Shown here: positions 8,638-19,183 of the stretch, in pieces | How the letters are laid out: every line of letters begins with the position of its first letter | Numbering within the stretch: the first letter of the stretch is position 1 | Source: Dehalococcoidia bacterium | GTDB lineage: Bacteria > Chloroflexota > Dehalococcoidia > SM23-28-2 > RBG-16-64-32 | Assembly: GCA_035512435.1 (NCBI GenBank) | Contig: DATKDX010000047.1 | Location: forward strand, 137,393 to 201,392 | Direction: 5' to 3' | DNA length: 64,000 nucleotides | Program-made: the position numbers and the translations under genes | The notes under the pieces: model-generated | What the model saw: the letters and a program-made list of their open reading frames with translations, nothing else | What the model was told of the DNA's origin: nothing | Databases searched by the model: none

Positions 8638-9425
8638 ACGAGGCTATGCGTGGCGCGCTGCGCTGGCTGGCCTACTACGTTGTGCCACCGGCAGTCACCT
8701 TCGCTTTTGTCATCGCCTGCTGGGAGGCTTACGTCTCGTGGCGTGACATCTCCATCCTCGTCGTGCCGGCGCCGACGGACGTAGGGGAGCGCTTTCTTGA
8801 CGATCCGGGTTACTTCTGGCGGGAGGGCTGGTGGACGTTCTATGAGGCGACGCTAGGCCTGATAGCTGGCTCTGCGGCCGCAGTTGGGCTGGCGGTGTTG
8901 ATGGCGCACTCGCGACTGCTGGAGAGGGCGATCTTCCCGCTGGCGATCGTCATCAAGGTCACGCCAATCGTGGCCATCGCACCAGTCCTCATAATCGCGA
9001 TCGGCTTCGGGACAACGCCGAAGATCATCCTGGCGGGGCTACTCTGCTTCTTCCCGATGTTAGTGAACGCCATGACTGGCTTCCGCGACGTCAATCCGGG
9101 CGCTCTCGACTTCATGCGCTCGCTGAACGCTTCGCCGTGGCAGGTGTTCTGGAAGCTGCGTGTTCCCAGTGCGATGCCGTACCTGCTGACTGGGCTGCGC
9201 ATCACATTTCCGCTGGCGCTGATTGGCGCTGTAGTGGCGGAGTGGTTTACCGGCAATCGCGGGCTCGGCTACGTCGTCTACACGGCCTGGCTGAACCTGC
9301 GCACTCCTGAGATCTTCGTCGCGATCGCGGTGCTGGCGACGATCGGTATCGCCATCAACACCGGCCTTTCGCTTCTTGAGCGGAGGCTGCTGTTCTGGCA
9401 TGAGTCCGTGAGAAGCGCCCGTTAG
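8634..9425 (+). CDS. ABC transporter permease (NitT/TauT family)
   Basis: 263 aa with multiple hydrophobic helices. The start overlaps the ATPase stop (GTGA). It has a typical BPD-type inner membrane component. Confidence 0.85.
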   Translation: MNEAMRGALRWLAYYVVPPAVTFAFVIACWEAYVSWRDISILVVPAPTDVGERFLDDPGYFWREGWWTFYEATLGLIAGSAAAVGLAVLMAHSRLLERAIFPLAIVIKVTPIVAIAPVLIIAIGFGTTPKIILAGLLCFFPMLVNAMTGFRDVNPGALDFMRSLNASPWQVFWKLRVPSAMPYLLTGLRITFPLALIGAVVAEWFTGNRGLGYVVYTAWLNLRTPEIFVAIAVLATIGIAINTGLSLLERRLLFWHESVRSAR

Positions 9426-9432
9426 GAGAGAC

Positions 9433-10494
9433 ATGACTCACCGCGTACTGATTACTCTGGTACTGCTGCTCACCTTCGCCTGCGGCGACGATGACGATGA
9501 CAAAGTGACGCCGACGTCGCCGCCTGCGTCCACCGCAGCCGGAGAGGAAGCGACGCCGACTCCTGCCGCGCCGGATGAAGTGACGTTCATGGCGGGGTTC
9601 AGAGCGCAGGCCAATCTGCCGTTTGTCGGCGTTTATGTGGCGGAGGAGATGGGTTTCTTCGCTGACGAGAACCTGGCCGTCGAGATCCAGCACGTAACGA
9701 CGCCCGGCGACAACTTCCGTTTTCTGGCGACAGGCGATATCCAGTTCTCCACGGCCGACGCAACCGCACTTCTGGAGAAGTGGACCACCGAACCCATCAT
9801 CGAGGTTGTCTCGCTGGCCCTGATCGGACAGACAGGTCAGCAGGCCTTTGCTGTGCTGGAGGACTCGGACATCGAGACACCGGCGGATTGGGCGGGCAAG
9901 ACGGCGGGCTACAAGGGGGGCGACCTGACGCCGGACTTCCTGGCGGTCCTGGAAGCCAATGGCCTGACACGCGACGACGTGGAAGCTGTTCGCGTCGGCT
10001 TTGAGCCGCAGATTCTCACCGAAGGCACGGTGGACATCTTCCCGGTCTTTGTTTCGAACGAGCCGGATACGCTGGAGCGCCTGGGCTACCCGACGAGGCT
10101 TTTCACTGCCGCCGAGTACGGCGCGCCCACGCTGGGTCTCAGCTACGTGACAACAGGCGATTTTGCTGCCGAGCAACCCGACATCACTGCCCGCTTCACG
10201 CGCGCCGTGTTGCGAGGAATCGCCTGGGCTGACGAAAACCGAGAGACCGCAATCAATATCGTGCTGCAGTATGCGGCAGGGGCTGACCGCGAGCACCAGC
10301 GCTACATGCTGGATACTGAGTTCGACATGGCCAAGACCGGCGGCGTTTATGGGGATCTCGGCATCGGCGGGCAGACGCTGGAGCAATGGCGGGCCCTGCA
10401 CGATTTCCTGATCGAGCACGGTGCGCTGCCGGCGGAAGTACCCGACATCTCGGCGGTATTCACGGAGGACTTCGCCGCTTACGAAGCGGAATAG
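9433..10494 (+). CDS. ABC transporter substrate-binding lipoprotein (NMT1/THI5-like)
   Basis: Signal peptide with lipobox LTFAC followed by GDDDDD. The body resembles NitT/TauT-type binding proteins. Confidence 0.8.
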   Translation: MTHRVLITLVLLLTFACGDDDDDKVTPTSPPASTAAGEEATPTPAAPDEVTFMAGFRAQANLPFVGVYVAEEMGFFADENLAVEIQHVTTPGDNFRFLATGDIQFSTADATALLEKWTTEPIIEVVSLALIGQTGQQAFAVLEDSDIETPADWAGKTAGYKGGDLTPDFLAVLEANGLTRDDVEAVRVGFEPQILTEGTVDIFPVFVSNEPDTLERLGYPTRLFTAAEYGAPTLGLSYVTTGDFAAEQPDITARFTRAVLRGIAWADENRETAINIVLQYAAGADREHQRYMLDTEFDMAKTGGVYGDLGIGGQTLEQWRALHDFLIEHGALPAEVPDISAVFTEDFAAYEAE

Positions 10495-10510
10495 CGCGCC
10501 GCGACGGCCG

Positions 10511-11761
10511 GTGACGTATCACAATAGAGCCGTGCGGTACATTGCTGCGGCGTACGCCGCCTGCCTGACCTTTCTCAGCGCGATTGCCTTGATCGGCGCG
10601 GTAGTTCTGTTCGAGGAGACGGGGCCTGATTCGGCGGCGGAAGCGGCTGCCGATCGCCACGCGTTCAATTTTGTGACATGGGAACTGGAGAAGTTCCCGC
10701 AGAAATGGCTCTACAAGATCGGCGACGCTTTTCGCGATGACGAGGGGAACGACGACGAGGTATTGCGCCGCTACTTCGCGCTGAGCGAAGAGATCAACCG
10801 CCTGGCGGCAGAGGACCCGGCGTCCGGTGAGCTTGCGGACGCGACGGACGAAAGGCGGGGGCTGGAGGCGCGTGTCGAGGACATCATCGAGGGCCGCGTG
10901 ACGTCAATTTTGGAGGAGGAGGGCATGGCGCTGCGCCCGCCGATCTTCTCCGACCTCGGGATAATCTTCCCGCCGGTCGATTTCGAGCTGGACGAGCCGG
11001 TGCGCGTGCTCGCCGTATCGGCGCGCGACCGCATTCAACTAGAGGGCTCGCATCTGCTTTCGCCGGGTTTGGACCGCGAGACGGCGCTGGACATCGAATC
11101 GGAGGTCGAGGCTGAGGATGAGGGAGTGTCGGCGCTGGTGGTGGTCTCCGGCGGCGTCGCTACGTATCCGGCCACGGTGAACGCCGGTCGCTCATACGAG
11201 TCGCTGATCGATACCGTGTTCCACGAGTGGCTTCACCACTACCTGGCGTTCTTCCCGCTGGGTCGCAGCTACTTTGAGGGCGATGAGGCGCGCACCCTGA
11301 ATGAGAGTGCTGCCAACATCGGCGGGCGGGAGTTTGCGCGCCTGTACTTCGAGAAGTACGGCCCGCTCAACCCACCGCCGCCGACGCCATCACCGGAGCC
11401 CAGCCCGACGCCCGAGCCTGAGCCCCCTTCGGGCGAGGAGCCGTTCGACCTCACGGCGGCGATGCGTGCGCTGCGCGTGGAGGTTGAGGCGCTGCTGGCT
11501 GACGAGGAAGTGGAGGAAGCGGAGACGCTGATGGAGGAGAAACGGCAGGAATTCGAGGGTGAGGGCTACTTCATCCGGCGCTTGAACCAGGCTTATTTCG
11601 CATTTTACGGCTTCTACGCGGACACCGGCGCCTCGATCGACCCCATTGGCCCGAACTTTGAGACGTTGCTCGAGCGCTCGGAGACGCCCGGCGAATTCGT
11701 ACGGACGGCGCAAGCAATCACGAGCCGCGCGGAGCTGGAAGCGCTGTTGGCGGCCGACTAG
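10511..11761 (+). CDS. Membrane-anchored putative zinc metallopeptidase (gluzincin-like), uncharacterised family
   Basis: The ORF track starts at 10421 but overlaps the previous gene. In-frame GTG codons at 10511 and 10532 precede one N-terminal TM helix (YIAAAYAACLTFLSAIALIGAVVLF). HEWLH (HExxH) is followed 23 residues after the second His by LNESAAN. The start coordinate is uncertain. Confidence 0.55.
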   Translation: MTYHNRAVRYIAAAYAACLTFLSAIALIGAVVLFEETGPDSAAEAAADRHAFNFVTWELEKFPQKWLYKIGDAFRDDEGNDDEVLRRYFALSEEINRLAAEDPASGELADATDERRGLEARVEDIIEGRVTSILEEEGMALRPPIFSDLGIIFPPVDFELDEPVRVLAVSARDRIQLEGSHLLSPGLDRETALDIESEVEAEDEGVSALVVVSGGVATYPATVNAGRSYESLIDTVFHEWLHHYLAFFPLGRSYFEGDEARTLNESAANIGGREFARLYFEKYGPLNPPPPTPSPEPSPTPEPEPPSGEEPFDLTAAMRALRVEVEALLADEEVEEAETLMEEKRQEFEGEGYFIRRLNQAYFAFYGFYADTGASIDPIGPNFETLLERSETPGEFVRTAQAITSRAELEALLAAD

Positions 11762-14004
11762 GCTGTCGCCGGGTCGCGGACGTCGAAATCGAAGTCGACC
11801 ACACGGATGGCTTCGTGCGCCTCGAGGAAGGGGCGCAGGCGGCGGATCGCCTGGTTGTGGAGCAGCCCCTCCCACCAGTGGTAGGCCTTGAAGCCGGGCA
11901 GGACGACGGTAATCGCGTCGTCGCCCTCGGTGCGCTCCAGGCTCTCGATGTAGGCGATCATCGGGCCGGCGAAGGCGCGGTAAGGCGATTCGATGATGAG
12001 GAGAGGCACGTCTGGCATCGCGCCTTCCCATTCCTCCCGGAAGGCCTCAGCTTCATCGCGGTTGTCGGCGAGGTGGACAGCGGTGACGTTGCTGGAGATG
12101 ACGCGGGCGAAGTCGACGGCGCCGATGGCGATCTTATTGAGGCCGTCGACTGGCACGATGATGTGCTGGCGGCGGGCGCGCTCCTCCATCGCCTGCGCCG
12201 TGGGCATGACGCGCTGCAGCTCGTCCTTGTTGACGTGGATGATGCGCTCATACCAGTCGTAGTGGCGGCGGATGATGGAGAAGATGATGATCATGATGGC
12301 GACCATGACGAGGGAGATCCAGGCGCCGTGCGTGAATTTGGTGAGGCCGATGATGACGGCGACGGCAGCCGTGCACGTGAGGCCCACCAGGTTCAGCGCC
12401 ATGCTGCCCTGCCAGCCGGGCTCCCGCCGGATCCACCAGCGTTTGACCATGCCTAACTGCGAAAGGCTGAAGGCGATGAAGACACCCACGGCGTAAAGCG
12501 GAATGAGGTTCGTAACGCTCGCGTCAAAGACGATCACCAGGACTATGGCAATGAGCGCCAATAGCAGGATTCCGTTAGAGAAGGCGAGGCGATCGCCGCG
12601 GAAGCTGAATTGCCGAGGCAGGTATTTATCCTTGGCCAGGAGCGCGCCGAGCAGCGGGAAAGCGTTGAATGCGCTGTTGGCGGCAAGGAAGAGGATCATC
12701 GCCGTCGCCGCCTGGAACATGAAGTAGATAACGTTTTCGCCGCCGAGCACGGACCGCCCCAGAGACGACACCAGCGTCTCATCGTGAGACGGCACGAGGC
12801 CGAAGCGGCTGACGACGAACGTGATCCCGATGAACAGGTAGACAGCAATGGCGGCCATTATCGTGAGGGTGATGCGTGCGTTGTCGCTCTCTGGTTTCTT
12901 GAACATCGGCGTGCCGTTAGCGATAGTCTCGACACCGGTCAGCGCTGAAGCCCCGGACGAGAACGCCCTGAGGACCAGCCATAGGGTAAGGCCCTGCGTC
13001 GCCACGACTTCCTCTGTGGGCGGGGCGGCCTCAGTGAAGGTCCCCGGCGCATCGCCGATGATCACCCGAAAGATGCCCGCGGCGACGGTGCCACCCATCA
13101 TCAGGATGAAGAAGTAAGTAGGCGCCGCGAAGAGAGTTCCTGATTCGCGGACGCCCCGCAGGTTGCCGAGTGTGAAGAAAATGATGAAGAACACTGCCAG
13201 CGGCACGCGGTAGTCGAACAGCTCTGGAATGGCGGAAGTGATGGCCGCGACGCCCGCGGAAACGCTGACAGAGACGACCAGCGTATAGTCGACCATCAAA
13301 GCGCCGGCGGCCGTCAGTCCCGGATATCGTCCCAGGTTGTCGTGGGAGACGGCGTAGGCGCCGCCGCCGCCCGGATAGGCCTTGATGGTCTGGCGGTAGG
13401 ACATCGTTACGAGGATCAGGAGTGCGGCCACCACGATCCCTATCGGCAGGACGTAGTCCAGGCCTTGCGTTCCGGCGAGCGCGAGAATGATGAGAGCTTC
13501 TTCCGTCGCGTAGGCGGATGAGGAGAGCGGGTCGGAGCCGAGGATGGCGAGGGCCTTGAACTTTGTCAGGCGTTCGTGAATGGACTGCGCCGTCGCCAGC
13601 GGGCTGCCGAGGATTGTGCCCTTGAGGCCCTGCAGCAGGCGCTCCACACGGCCAACGGGACGGCTGCCGACGCGGGTCGCCTCGATGTGGCCTTCGCCAA
13701 CACGAGTGAATCGGCGTTGGGAGGGGACGACGCGGAGGTAGACGCCTCGAGAAGAGGCTCCGCGCCGCACCTCGCGGAGTTCTACGTCGAGGGGTGATTT
13801 GCCGGCTCCCCGCTCCTGGCGGGGGACGACGATGCGGTCGCGCTCAGGCCGCCTTGGGCCGTCGGGAGCGGGAGGGTCTGGCGGGGTCTCTTTAGGTCTA
13901 TCGGGAGGAGTGGGCTGCTGCCCTTTGTCCTTCTGCCGGCGCTTGCGGACGAACGACGACGCCTTCGGTTCACCGTCTATAGGCGGGCCCCCGGCGTCTG
14001 ACAT
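11758..14004 (-). CDS. APC superfamily permease with basic N-terminal and cytosolic C-terminal extensions
   Basis: 748 aa. The central part has about 12 TM segments with an APC-like pattern (..LSSSAYATEEALIIL.. ..GGGGAYAVS..). The N-terminal tail is about 120 aa and Lys/Arg/Pro-rich. The substrate is not assignable. Confidence 0.75.
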   Translation of the reverse strand: MSDAGGPPIDGEPKASSFVRKRRQKDKGQQPTPPDRPKETPPDPPAPDGPRRPERDRIVVPRQERGAGKSPLDVELREVRRGASSRGVYLRVVPSQRRFTRVGEGHIEATRVGSRPVGRVERLLQGLKGTILGSPLATAQSIHERLTKFKALAILGSDPLSSSAYATEEALIILALAGTQGLDYVLPIGIVVAALLILVTMSYRQTIKAYPGGGGAYAVSHDNLGRYPGLTAAGALMVDYTLVVSVSVSAGVAAITSAIPELFDYRVPLAVFFIIFFTLGNLRGVRESGTLFAAPTYFFILMMGGTVAAGIFRVIIGDAPGTFTEAAPPTEEVVATQGLTLWLVLRAFSSGASALTGVETIANGTPMFKKPESDNARITLTIMAAIAVYLFIGITFVVSRFGLVPSHDETLVSSLGRSVLGGENVIYFMFQAATAMILFLAANSAFNAFPLLGALLAKDKYLPRQFSFRGDRLAFSNGILLLALIAIVLVIVFDASVTNLIPLYAVGVFIAFSLSQLGMVKRWWIRREPGWQGSMALNLVGLTCTAAVAVIIGLTKFTHGAWISLVMVAIMIIIFSIIRRHYDWYERIIHVNKDELQRVMPTAQAMEERARRQHIIVPVDGLNKIAIGAVDFARVISSNVTAVHLADNRDEAEAFREEWEGAMPDVPLLIIESPYRAFAGPMIAYIESLERTEGDDAITVVLPGFKAYHWWEGLLHNQAIRRLRPFLEAHEAIRVVDFDFDVRDPATA

Positions 14005-14051
14005 TTCAGAGTTAGGCTAGCACCGGGCTGTGGCTCAATCCAGCAGGCGCG

Positions 14052-16550
14052 CTAAGAGGGCGAATCAGGCAAAATCGCAGCCTCAGCGCCTGCCTCGGCC
14101 TCGTCATTGAGCTCCTGGTCGGGAATCACAAGGATGTCCCCCTGGAAGATCTGACTATTCTCAGTGAGGCCGTTGACACGGAGCAGGTCCTCGAGCGAGA
14201 CGGCGAACAGCTCAGCGATAAACTCGATAGTGTCGCCCGGGCGCACCGTGTAGTAGAAGACAGACGGCGGCTCTGGCGTTGCCGTCACTACTTCTGTTGG
14301 GGCGGGCGATGGCGTGTTTGTCGGGAAGACGGGGCCGCGGGGTGACGGCGTGGCGGTGGCCCCGCCGCCACCACCGGCGGGGCCGCGGCAAGCACCGTTC
14401 TTGACGACGGGCGTGTCTTCCTTGAAGACCTCGGTACGGCCGCCGCACTGCGCGGTGAGAACGCTGTCCGGAACGTCAAAGGGGCGGGGCGGAATCTGTA
14501 GATACGAGTGTGCCTCCTCCATGAAGCGGCGCCAGATCGGACCGGAGCCGACGGAGGAGAAGGTGCCTTCCGCCATCGGCGAGTTATCGGCGTTGCCCAT
14601 CCAGACACCGGCCGCCAAATCCGGTGTGTATCCGAGAAGGAGGCCGTCGCGGAATTCTTCACTGGTGCCGGTCTTCGTCGCTGCCGGCCGGTCGATGGAA
14701 AGGCGGCTCCAGGTGATGGCGTCCCGTGAAAGAATGTCAGTGATCATGTAGGCGTGGGCGGGATCGACGACGGGGACGCCCTGCGGTTCGCCGAACTCGT
14801 AGATCGGGTTGCCGTCGGAGTCGGTGATGGTCAGCACGGACACCTGGTCGAGTTCGCGGTAGCCGGTGGGCAGGTCTTCGGAAGTAGGGCGGCCGACCAT
14901 CATGCCGTTGTTGGCCAGCACTGCGTAGGCGAAAGTCTGGTCCACGAGCTTAACCTCGCAGGCGCCCAGCGTAATCGTCGGGCCGCAGTCACCCTGTCGC
15001 AGGTCGGTGATGCCCATGCGGTGGGCAAGCTCGCGCATGCGGTCTTCGCCGACGTCCATGAGCGTGCGCACGGCAACGGTGTTGATTGACTCGGCGAGGC
15101 CGGTACGGGCGGTGATGGTGCCCTTGTGGGAGAAGTTCCAGTTGTTCACTTCGCGCTGCGTGCCGCCAACGTCCAGCAGAAGCTTCTTGTCCTCGACGTA
15201 GGTGGAAGGGACCCAGCCGTCCTCGAAGGCCTTGAGGTAAGTGAACATCTTCATCGTGGAGCCGTGGGACTGCAGGGAGCTGGCGATATCGACGCTGCCG
15301 TCGATATCGACGTTGTTGTAATCGCGGCTGCCGACGTAGGCGAGTATTTCGCCGGTCTGCGGCTTAATGGCTACGAGCGATCCGTTGTGCCCGCCATAGG
15401 AGGCTTCCGTCCTCGCCAGCTCTTCCTCGATGATCTGCTGGCCAATAGCGTTGAGGCCGAGGTCCAACGTTGAGGTGATGCGCAGGCCGCCCTGCTGCAC
15501 CACCCTATCGCAGGGCATCCCGCCGGGCGCTTCGAAAAGGCCCGCTGCGCACATCTTCTCAACCTGGTCCCTGATAAAGACCACCCAGTGCGGGGCCAGG
15601 ATATCGACCGTCGGATTCGAGTAGACTAGCGGTTCCTGGCGTGCCGCCTCGATCTCTTCCACGGTCAGCGTTAGGAGAGGGGTATTCTCGTCGCCGGCAG
15701 TTGGGATTGAGTTCACCTCTTCGATGTGGTCAATCATGAGGTCGAGGACGTCGTTCTGGCGCTGCTTAGCCAGCTCCTGGTTCGCGGGATTGGAGGGGTC
15801 ATAGAAGCTCGGGCGCTGTGGCAAACCGGCCAGCAGTGAGGCCTCAGCGAGCGTCAGTTCGGCTGCGCCCTTACCAAAGAACTGCCGGGCAGCCGCCTCT
15901 GCACCGATGGCGTTGTTGCCGTAGAAGATCTGATTCAGATACCACTCCAGAATTTGGCCATCGGAGTAGTTTTGCTTCAGCTCCAGCGCGATGACCGTCT
16001 CTTTGATCTTGCGCTCGGCCCCTGTGCGGCCGCGAGCAGACCTCTCGTCGTACTCGATGTAGACGTTGCGGGCGAGCTGTTGGGTAATGGAGCTACCGCC
16101 GCTTCCCTCGAAGAGTCCGGGGCCAAATGGGGTGAGGTTTTCCCAGGCCGCACGGGCCAGCCCTTTGAAGTTAACGCCGGGATTGCCGTAGAAACTGGAG
16201 TCCTCCGTGGCTATCGTGGCGGCGATCAGGTAAGGGGATATTTCGTTGAGCGGGACTGGATCGCGGAGATTGGCGAACTCCGGGAAGTATTCGTAGAGCT
16301 TGGTACCGTTGCGGTCATAAACGATGCTGCTGCCGATGGTGTTCTCGTCGATGACCTCCTGTGGCGGCCGTAGGTCGTTGGCGTAGCTACGATAGACGAG
16401 GAAACTCGTCAGGAAAACCGCGAATACGGCAAGGACGCTGGCGAAGAGCGCGAGCGTCAGGAGGGACGTAAGACGGGAACGGAAGAGGTTGCGGCGGTCA
16501 GCCACGGTCCTGCGGGCGCGCTTACGGCGGGCTCTGTAGATTTTGTCCAA
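14052..16550 (-). CDS. Class A penicillin-binding protein (transglycosylase/transpeptidase) with C-terminal LysM
   Basis: 832 aa. GT51 motifs (ATIATEDSSFYGNPGV, GGSSITQQLARN) and a transpeptidase SxxK region (HGSTMKMFTY). After a PT-rich linker comes a LysM-like YYTVRPGDTIEFIAELFAVSLEDLLRVNGL. Confidence 0.9.
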   Translation of the reverse strand: MDKIYRARRKRARRTVADRRNLFRSRLTSLLTLALFASVLAVFAVFLTSFLVYRSYANDLRPPQEVIDENTIGSSIVYDRNGTKLYEYFPEFANLRDPVPLNEISPYLIAATIATEDSSFYGNPGVNFKGLARAAWENLTPFGPGLFEGSGGSSITQQLARNVYIEYDERSARGRTGAERKIKETVIALELKQNYSDGQILEWYLNQIFYGNNAIGAEAAARQFFGKGAAELTLAEASLLAGLPQRPSFYDPSNPANQELAKQRQNDVLDLMIDHIEEVNSIPTAGDENTPLLTLTVEEIEAARQEPLVYSNPTVDILAPHWVVFIRDQVEKMCAAGLFEAPGGMPCDRVVQQGGLRITSTLDLGLNAIGQQIIEEELARTEASYGGHNGSLVAIKPQTGEILAYVGSRDYNNVDIDGSVDIASSLQSHGSTMKMFTYLKAFEDGWVPSTYVEDKKLLLDVGGTQREVNNWNFSHKGTITARTGLAESINTVAVRTLMDVGEDRMRELAHRMGITDLRQGDCGPTITLGACEVKLVDQTFAYAVLANNGMMVGRPTSEDLPTGYRELDQVSVLTITDSDGNPIYEFGEPQGVPVVDPAHAYMITDILSRDAITWSRLSIDRPAATKTGTSEEFRDGLLLGYTPDLAAGVWMGNADNSPMAEGTFSSVGSGPIWRRFMEEAHSYLQIPPRPFDVPDSVLTAQCGGRTEVFKEDTPVVKNGACRGPAGGGGGATATPSPRGPVFPTNTPSPAPTEVVTATPEPPSVFYYTVRPGDTIEFIAELFAVSLEDLLRVNGLTENSQIFQGDILVIPDQELNDEAEAGAEAAILPDSPS

Positions 16551-16567
16551 GTTATATGTAGCCTCTA

Positions 16568-17314
16568 TTAGTCCTTACGCTTTAATACAACGTAGTGGGA
16601 TAGGCCAAAGATTCGCAGAACGGTGTTCTCAAGGGGGTATAGGACCCATCGCAATACGCGCCCCACGACCTTCCGGCGCGCCAAAACGTGGTCGAATCCG
16701 GGATAAACAAAGGAATGGACCTGCGCCCTGAGGCCGGCTTTGCGGTAGATCCGCTTGAGCTTGCTCTTCGTGTAGACGTTCGCGTGGGGCACGAGCCGGT
16801 TGCGGATGAAGTCCGGAAAATAGTTGACGAACGGGATGTTGCCAAAAATGTATTTGCCGCGGAAGAAGATACCGTGCGTTTCGAAAGGATAGAGCCGGTT
16901 AGGGCAAAAGATCACAAGTCTGCCCTCGGGCGCCAGGACGCGGCGCATCTCACGCAGAGTCTGGAGGTCATCGTCGACGTGCTCCAACACCTCGTGCATT
17001 AGGATGACGTCGAACGTGCCGTCTCGGTAGGGCAGCTTTTCGCCGACGCCAAGCATGATGTTGGGCACTTCTTCCACGCCGCGAAGCACGCTCTCCCGTT
17101 CGACGTCGAAGCCGTAGACTTCCGGCGAGTACTCGCGCAGGCGACGGACAAAGGCACCGACGCCGCAGCCGGCGTCGAGGATGCGCTTGCCTTCCAGTTG
17201 AACGTCCCGCCGCATGCGGTTGAGCCTGCGCTCGAGGCCGGGAGTCCAGACCTGGCTGGGGTGGCCACGGATGGCACGCTTGTCGTGTGTCTTCAGTTCT
17301 GCCCGCTTGGTCAT
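16568..17314 (-). CDS. Class I SAM-dependent methyltransferase
   Basis: 248 aa. Motif I ILDAGCGVGAF and post-I FDVILMHEVLEHV. Confidence 0.8.
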   Translation of the reverse strand: MTKRAELKTHDKRAIRGHPSQVWTPGLERRLNRMRRDVQLEGKRILDAGCGVGAFVRRLREYSPEVYGFDVERESVLRGVEEVPNIMLGVGEKLPYRDGTFDVILMHEVLEHVDDDLQTLREMRRVLAPEGRLVIFCPNRLYPFETHGIFFRGKYIFGNIPFVNYFPDFIRNRLVPHANVYTKSKLKRIYRKAGLRAQVHSFVYPGFDHVLARRKVVGRVLRWVLYPLENTVLRIFGLSHYVVLKRKD

Positions 17315-17408
17315 CGCTTACAAGCGTACAGGCGAGGCGAACAACGGGCCAGACGAAAGCGTCTTGCGGCTGCCCGCACGCGAACCCATAATCGAGCGCG
17401 GAGGCCCC

Positions 17409-17699
17409 ATGTCCCTGACACCCGACGAAGTGCGCCACATTGCCCGCCTCGCCCGATTGGGCGTGACGGACGACGACGTGGATAAATTCAGCCACCAGCT
17501 CTCGGATATCCTGGACTACTTCGAAGAGCTGAACCGGGTCGACGTGTCGGATGTCCCGCCGTCCGCCTACGCGCTTGACCTCCACAACGTGATGCGCGGC
17601 GACGATCCGGGGCCCAGCAGCGACTCCGAGGACGTACTGGCCAACGCCCCGCTGCGCGAAAACGGTTTCTTCCGCGTACGAGCGATCCTCGAGGAGTAG
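17409..17699 (+). CDS. gatC: Asp/Glu-tRNA amidotransferase subunit C
   Basis: 96 aa. MSLTPDEVRHIARLARLGVTDDDV..LSDILDYFEELN is a classic GatC sequence. A GGAGG lies 3 nt upstream of the ATG. Confidence 0.9.
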   Translation: MSLTPDEVRHIARLARLGVTDDDVDKFSHQLSDILDYFEELNRVDVSDVPPSAYALDLHNVMRGDDPGPSSDSEDVLANAPLRENGFFRVRAILEE

Positions 17700-17700
17700 C

Positions 17701-19176
17701 GTGTCCGAAGATCTGACCCGTCTGACCATGACCGAGGCGGCCGCCCTCCTCCGCCAGAAGCAGGTGTCGTCCGTTGAACTGACTGAGGCGGCGTTCCGGC
17801 GGATCAAGGCCGTTGAGCCGCAGATCAACGCGTTCATCACGCAGACCGAAGAAGAGGCGCTGGCCCAGGCCGTCGCTGCCGATGAGGGGATCGCCGGCGG
17901 CCGCGGCACGCCACTTACGGGCATCCCTGCCGCGATCAAGGACGTCATCGTCACGAAGGGCGTCCGGACAACAGCTGGATCGAAGATACTTGAGCCGTTT
18001 GTCCCGACTTACGACGCGCATGTCATCACGCTTCTGCGGGAGGCGGGATTCGTGATGGTCGGCAAGACCAACCAGGACGAGTTCGCGATGGGCTCGTCCG
18101 GCGAGAATTCGGCGTATGGCGTCACGCACAACCCGTGGGACCTGGAGCGCGTGCCCGGGGGCTCGTCGTCCGGCTCCGCGGCGTCAGTCGCCTCTGGCAT
18201 GGCGTACTGGTCGCTAGGCTCCGACACCGGCGGCTCTGTGCGGCAACCTGCGGCGCTTACGGGCGTTGTTGGACTGAAGCCGACGTACGGTCGCATATCG
18301 CGTTACGGACTAATCGCGTTCGGCTCTTCGCTTGACCAGATCGGCCCGTTCGCGCGTTCCGTCCGCGACGTGGCCACGGTCTTCCAATCCATCGCCGGAC
18401 ATGACCAGCGCGACTCGACTTCCGCCGAGGTTCCGGTGCCGGACTTCACCGCCGATCTCGACCGCGGCGTCAAGGGGCTGCGCATCGGAATCCCGCGCGA
18501 GTACTTCGTCGAGGGGATGGACCCGGATGTCCGCGAGGCGGTTGAGATTGCGGTCCGTGAGCTGGAGGCGCAGGGAGCGGAGATCGACGCCGAAGTTTCG
18601 TTGCCATCGACCGGACACGCCGTCTCGGTCTACTACATCATCGCGCCGTCTGAAGCGTCGGCTAACCTGGCGCGATTTGACGGTGTTAAGTACGGCTACG
18701 CAGACCACGAAGGCGCCACCATGTGGGAAGACATGGAGCGGACGCGGCAGTTTGGCTTCGGCGAGGAGGTCAAGCGCCGCATCATGCTCGGCACGTACGC
18801 CCTTTCGGCCGGCTATTACGACGCCTACTACCTTAAGGCCCTCAAGGTGCGCACGCTCATACGGCGCGAGTTCGAAGCCGCCTTCGCCGACCACGACGTG
18901 CTAGTCGCCCCAGTTGCGCCGACGCCGGCGTTCAGGATTGGCGAGAAGACCGACGATCCGCTTGAGATGTACCTCAATGATGTCTGCACGATACCTGTCA
19001 GCATCGCCGGGTTGCCGGCGATCTCGGTGCCTTGCGGCTTCGCAGAGACGGAAGGCAAGCGCCTGCCGATCGGTTTGCAGATCATCGCCAAGCCGTTTGA
19101 CGAGGCGGCGCTGTTTAGAGTTGGGCATGCGTACGAGCAGGCGACGGAGTGGCACACCGCTGTCCCGCCGTTGTAG
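17701..19176 (+). CDS. gatA: Asp/Glu-tRNA amidotransferase subunit A
   Basis: 491 aa. Amidase signature GGSSGGSAA plus ..KDVIVTKGVRTTAGSKIL.. . It follows gatC directly. Confidence 0.95.
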   Translation: MSEDLTRLTMTEAAALLRQKQVSSVELTEAAFRRIKAVEPQINAFITQTEEEALAQAVAADEGIAGGRGTPLTGIPAAIKDVIVTKGVRTTAGSKILEPFVPTYDAHVITLLREAGFVMVGKTNQDEFAMGSSGENSAYGVTHNPWDLERVPGGSSSGSAASVASGMAYWSLGSDTGGSVRQPAALTGVVGLKPTYGRISRYGLIAFGSSLDQIGPFARSVRDVATVFQSIAGHDQRDSTSAEVPVPDFTADLDRGVKGLRIGIPREYFVEGMDPDVREAVEIAVRELEAQGAEIDAEVSLPSTGHAVSVYYIIAPSEASANLARFDGVKYGYADHEGATMWEDMERTRQFGFGEEVKRRIMLGTYALSAGYYDAYYLKALKVRTLIRREFEAAFADHDVLVAPVAPTPAFRIGEKTDDPLEMYLNDVCTIPVSIAGLPAISVPCGFAETEGKRLPIGLQIIAKPFDEAALFRVGHAYEQATEWHTAVPPL

Positions 19177-19183
19177 GCGTAGA

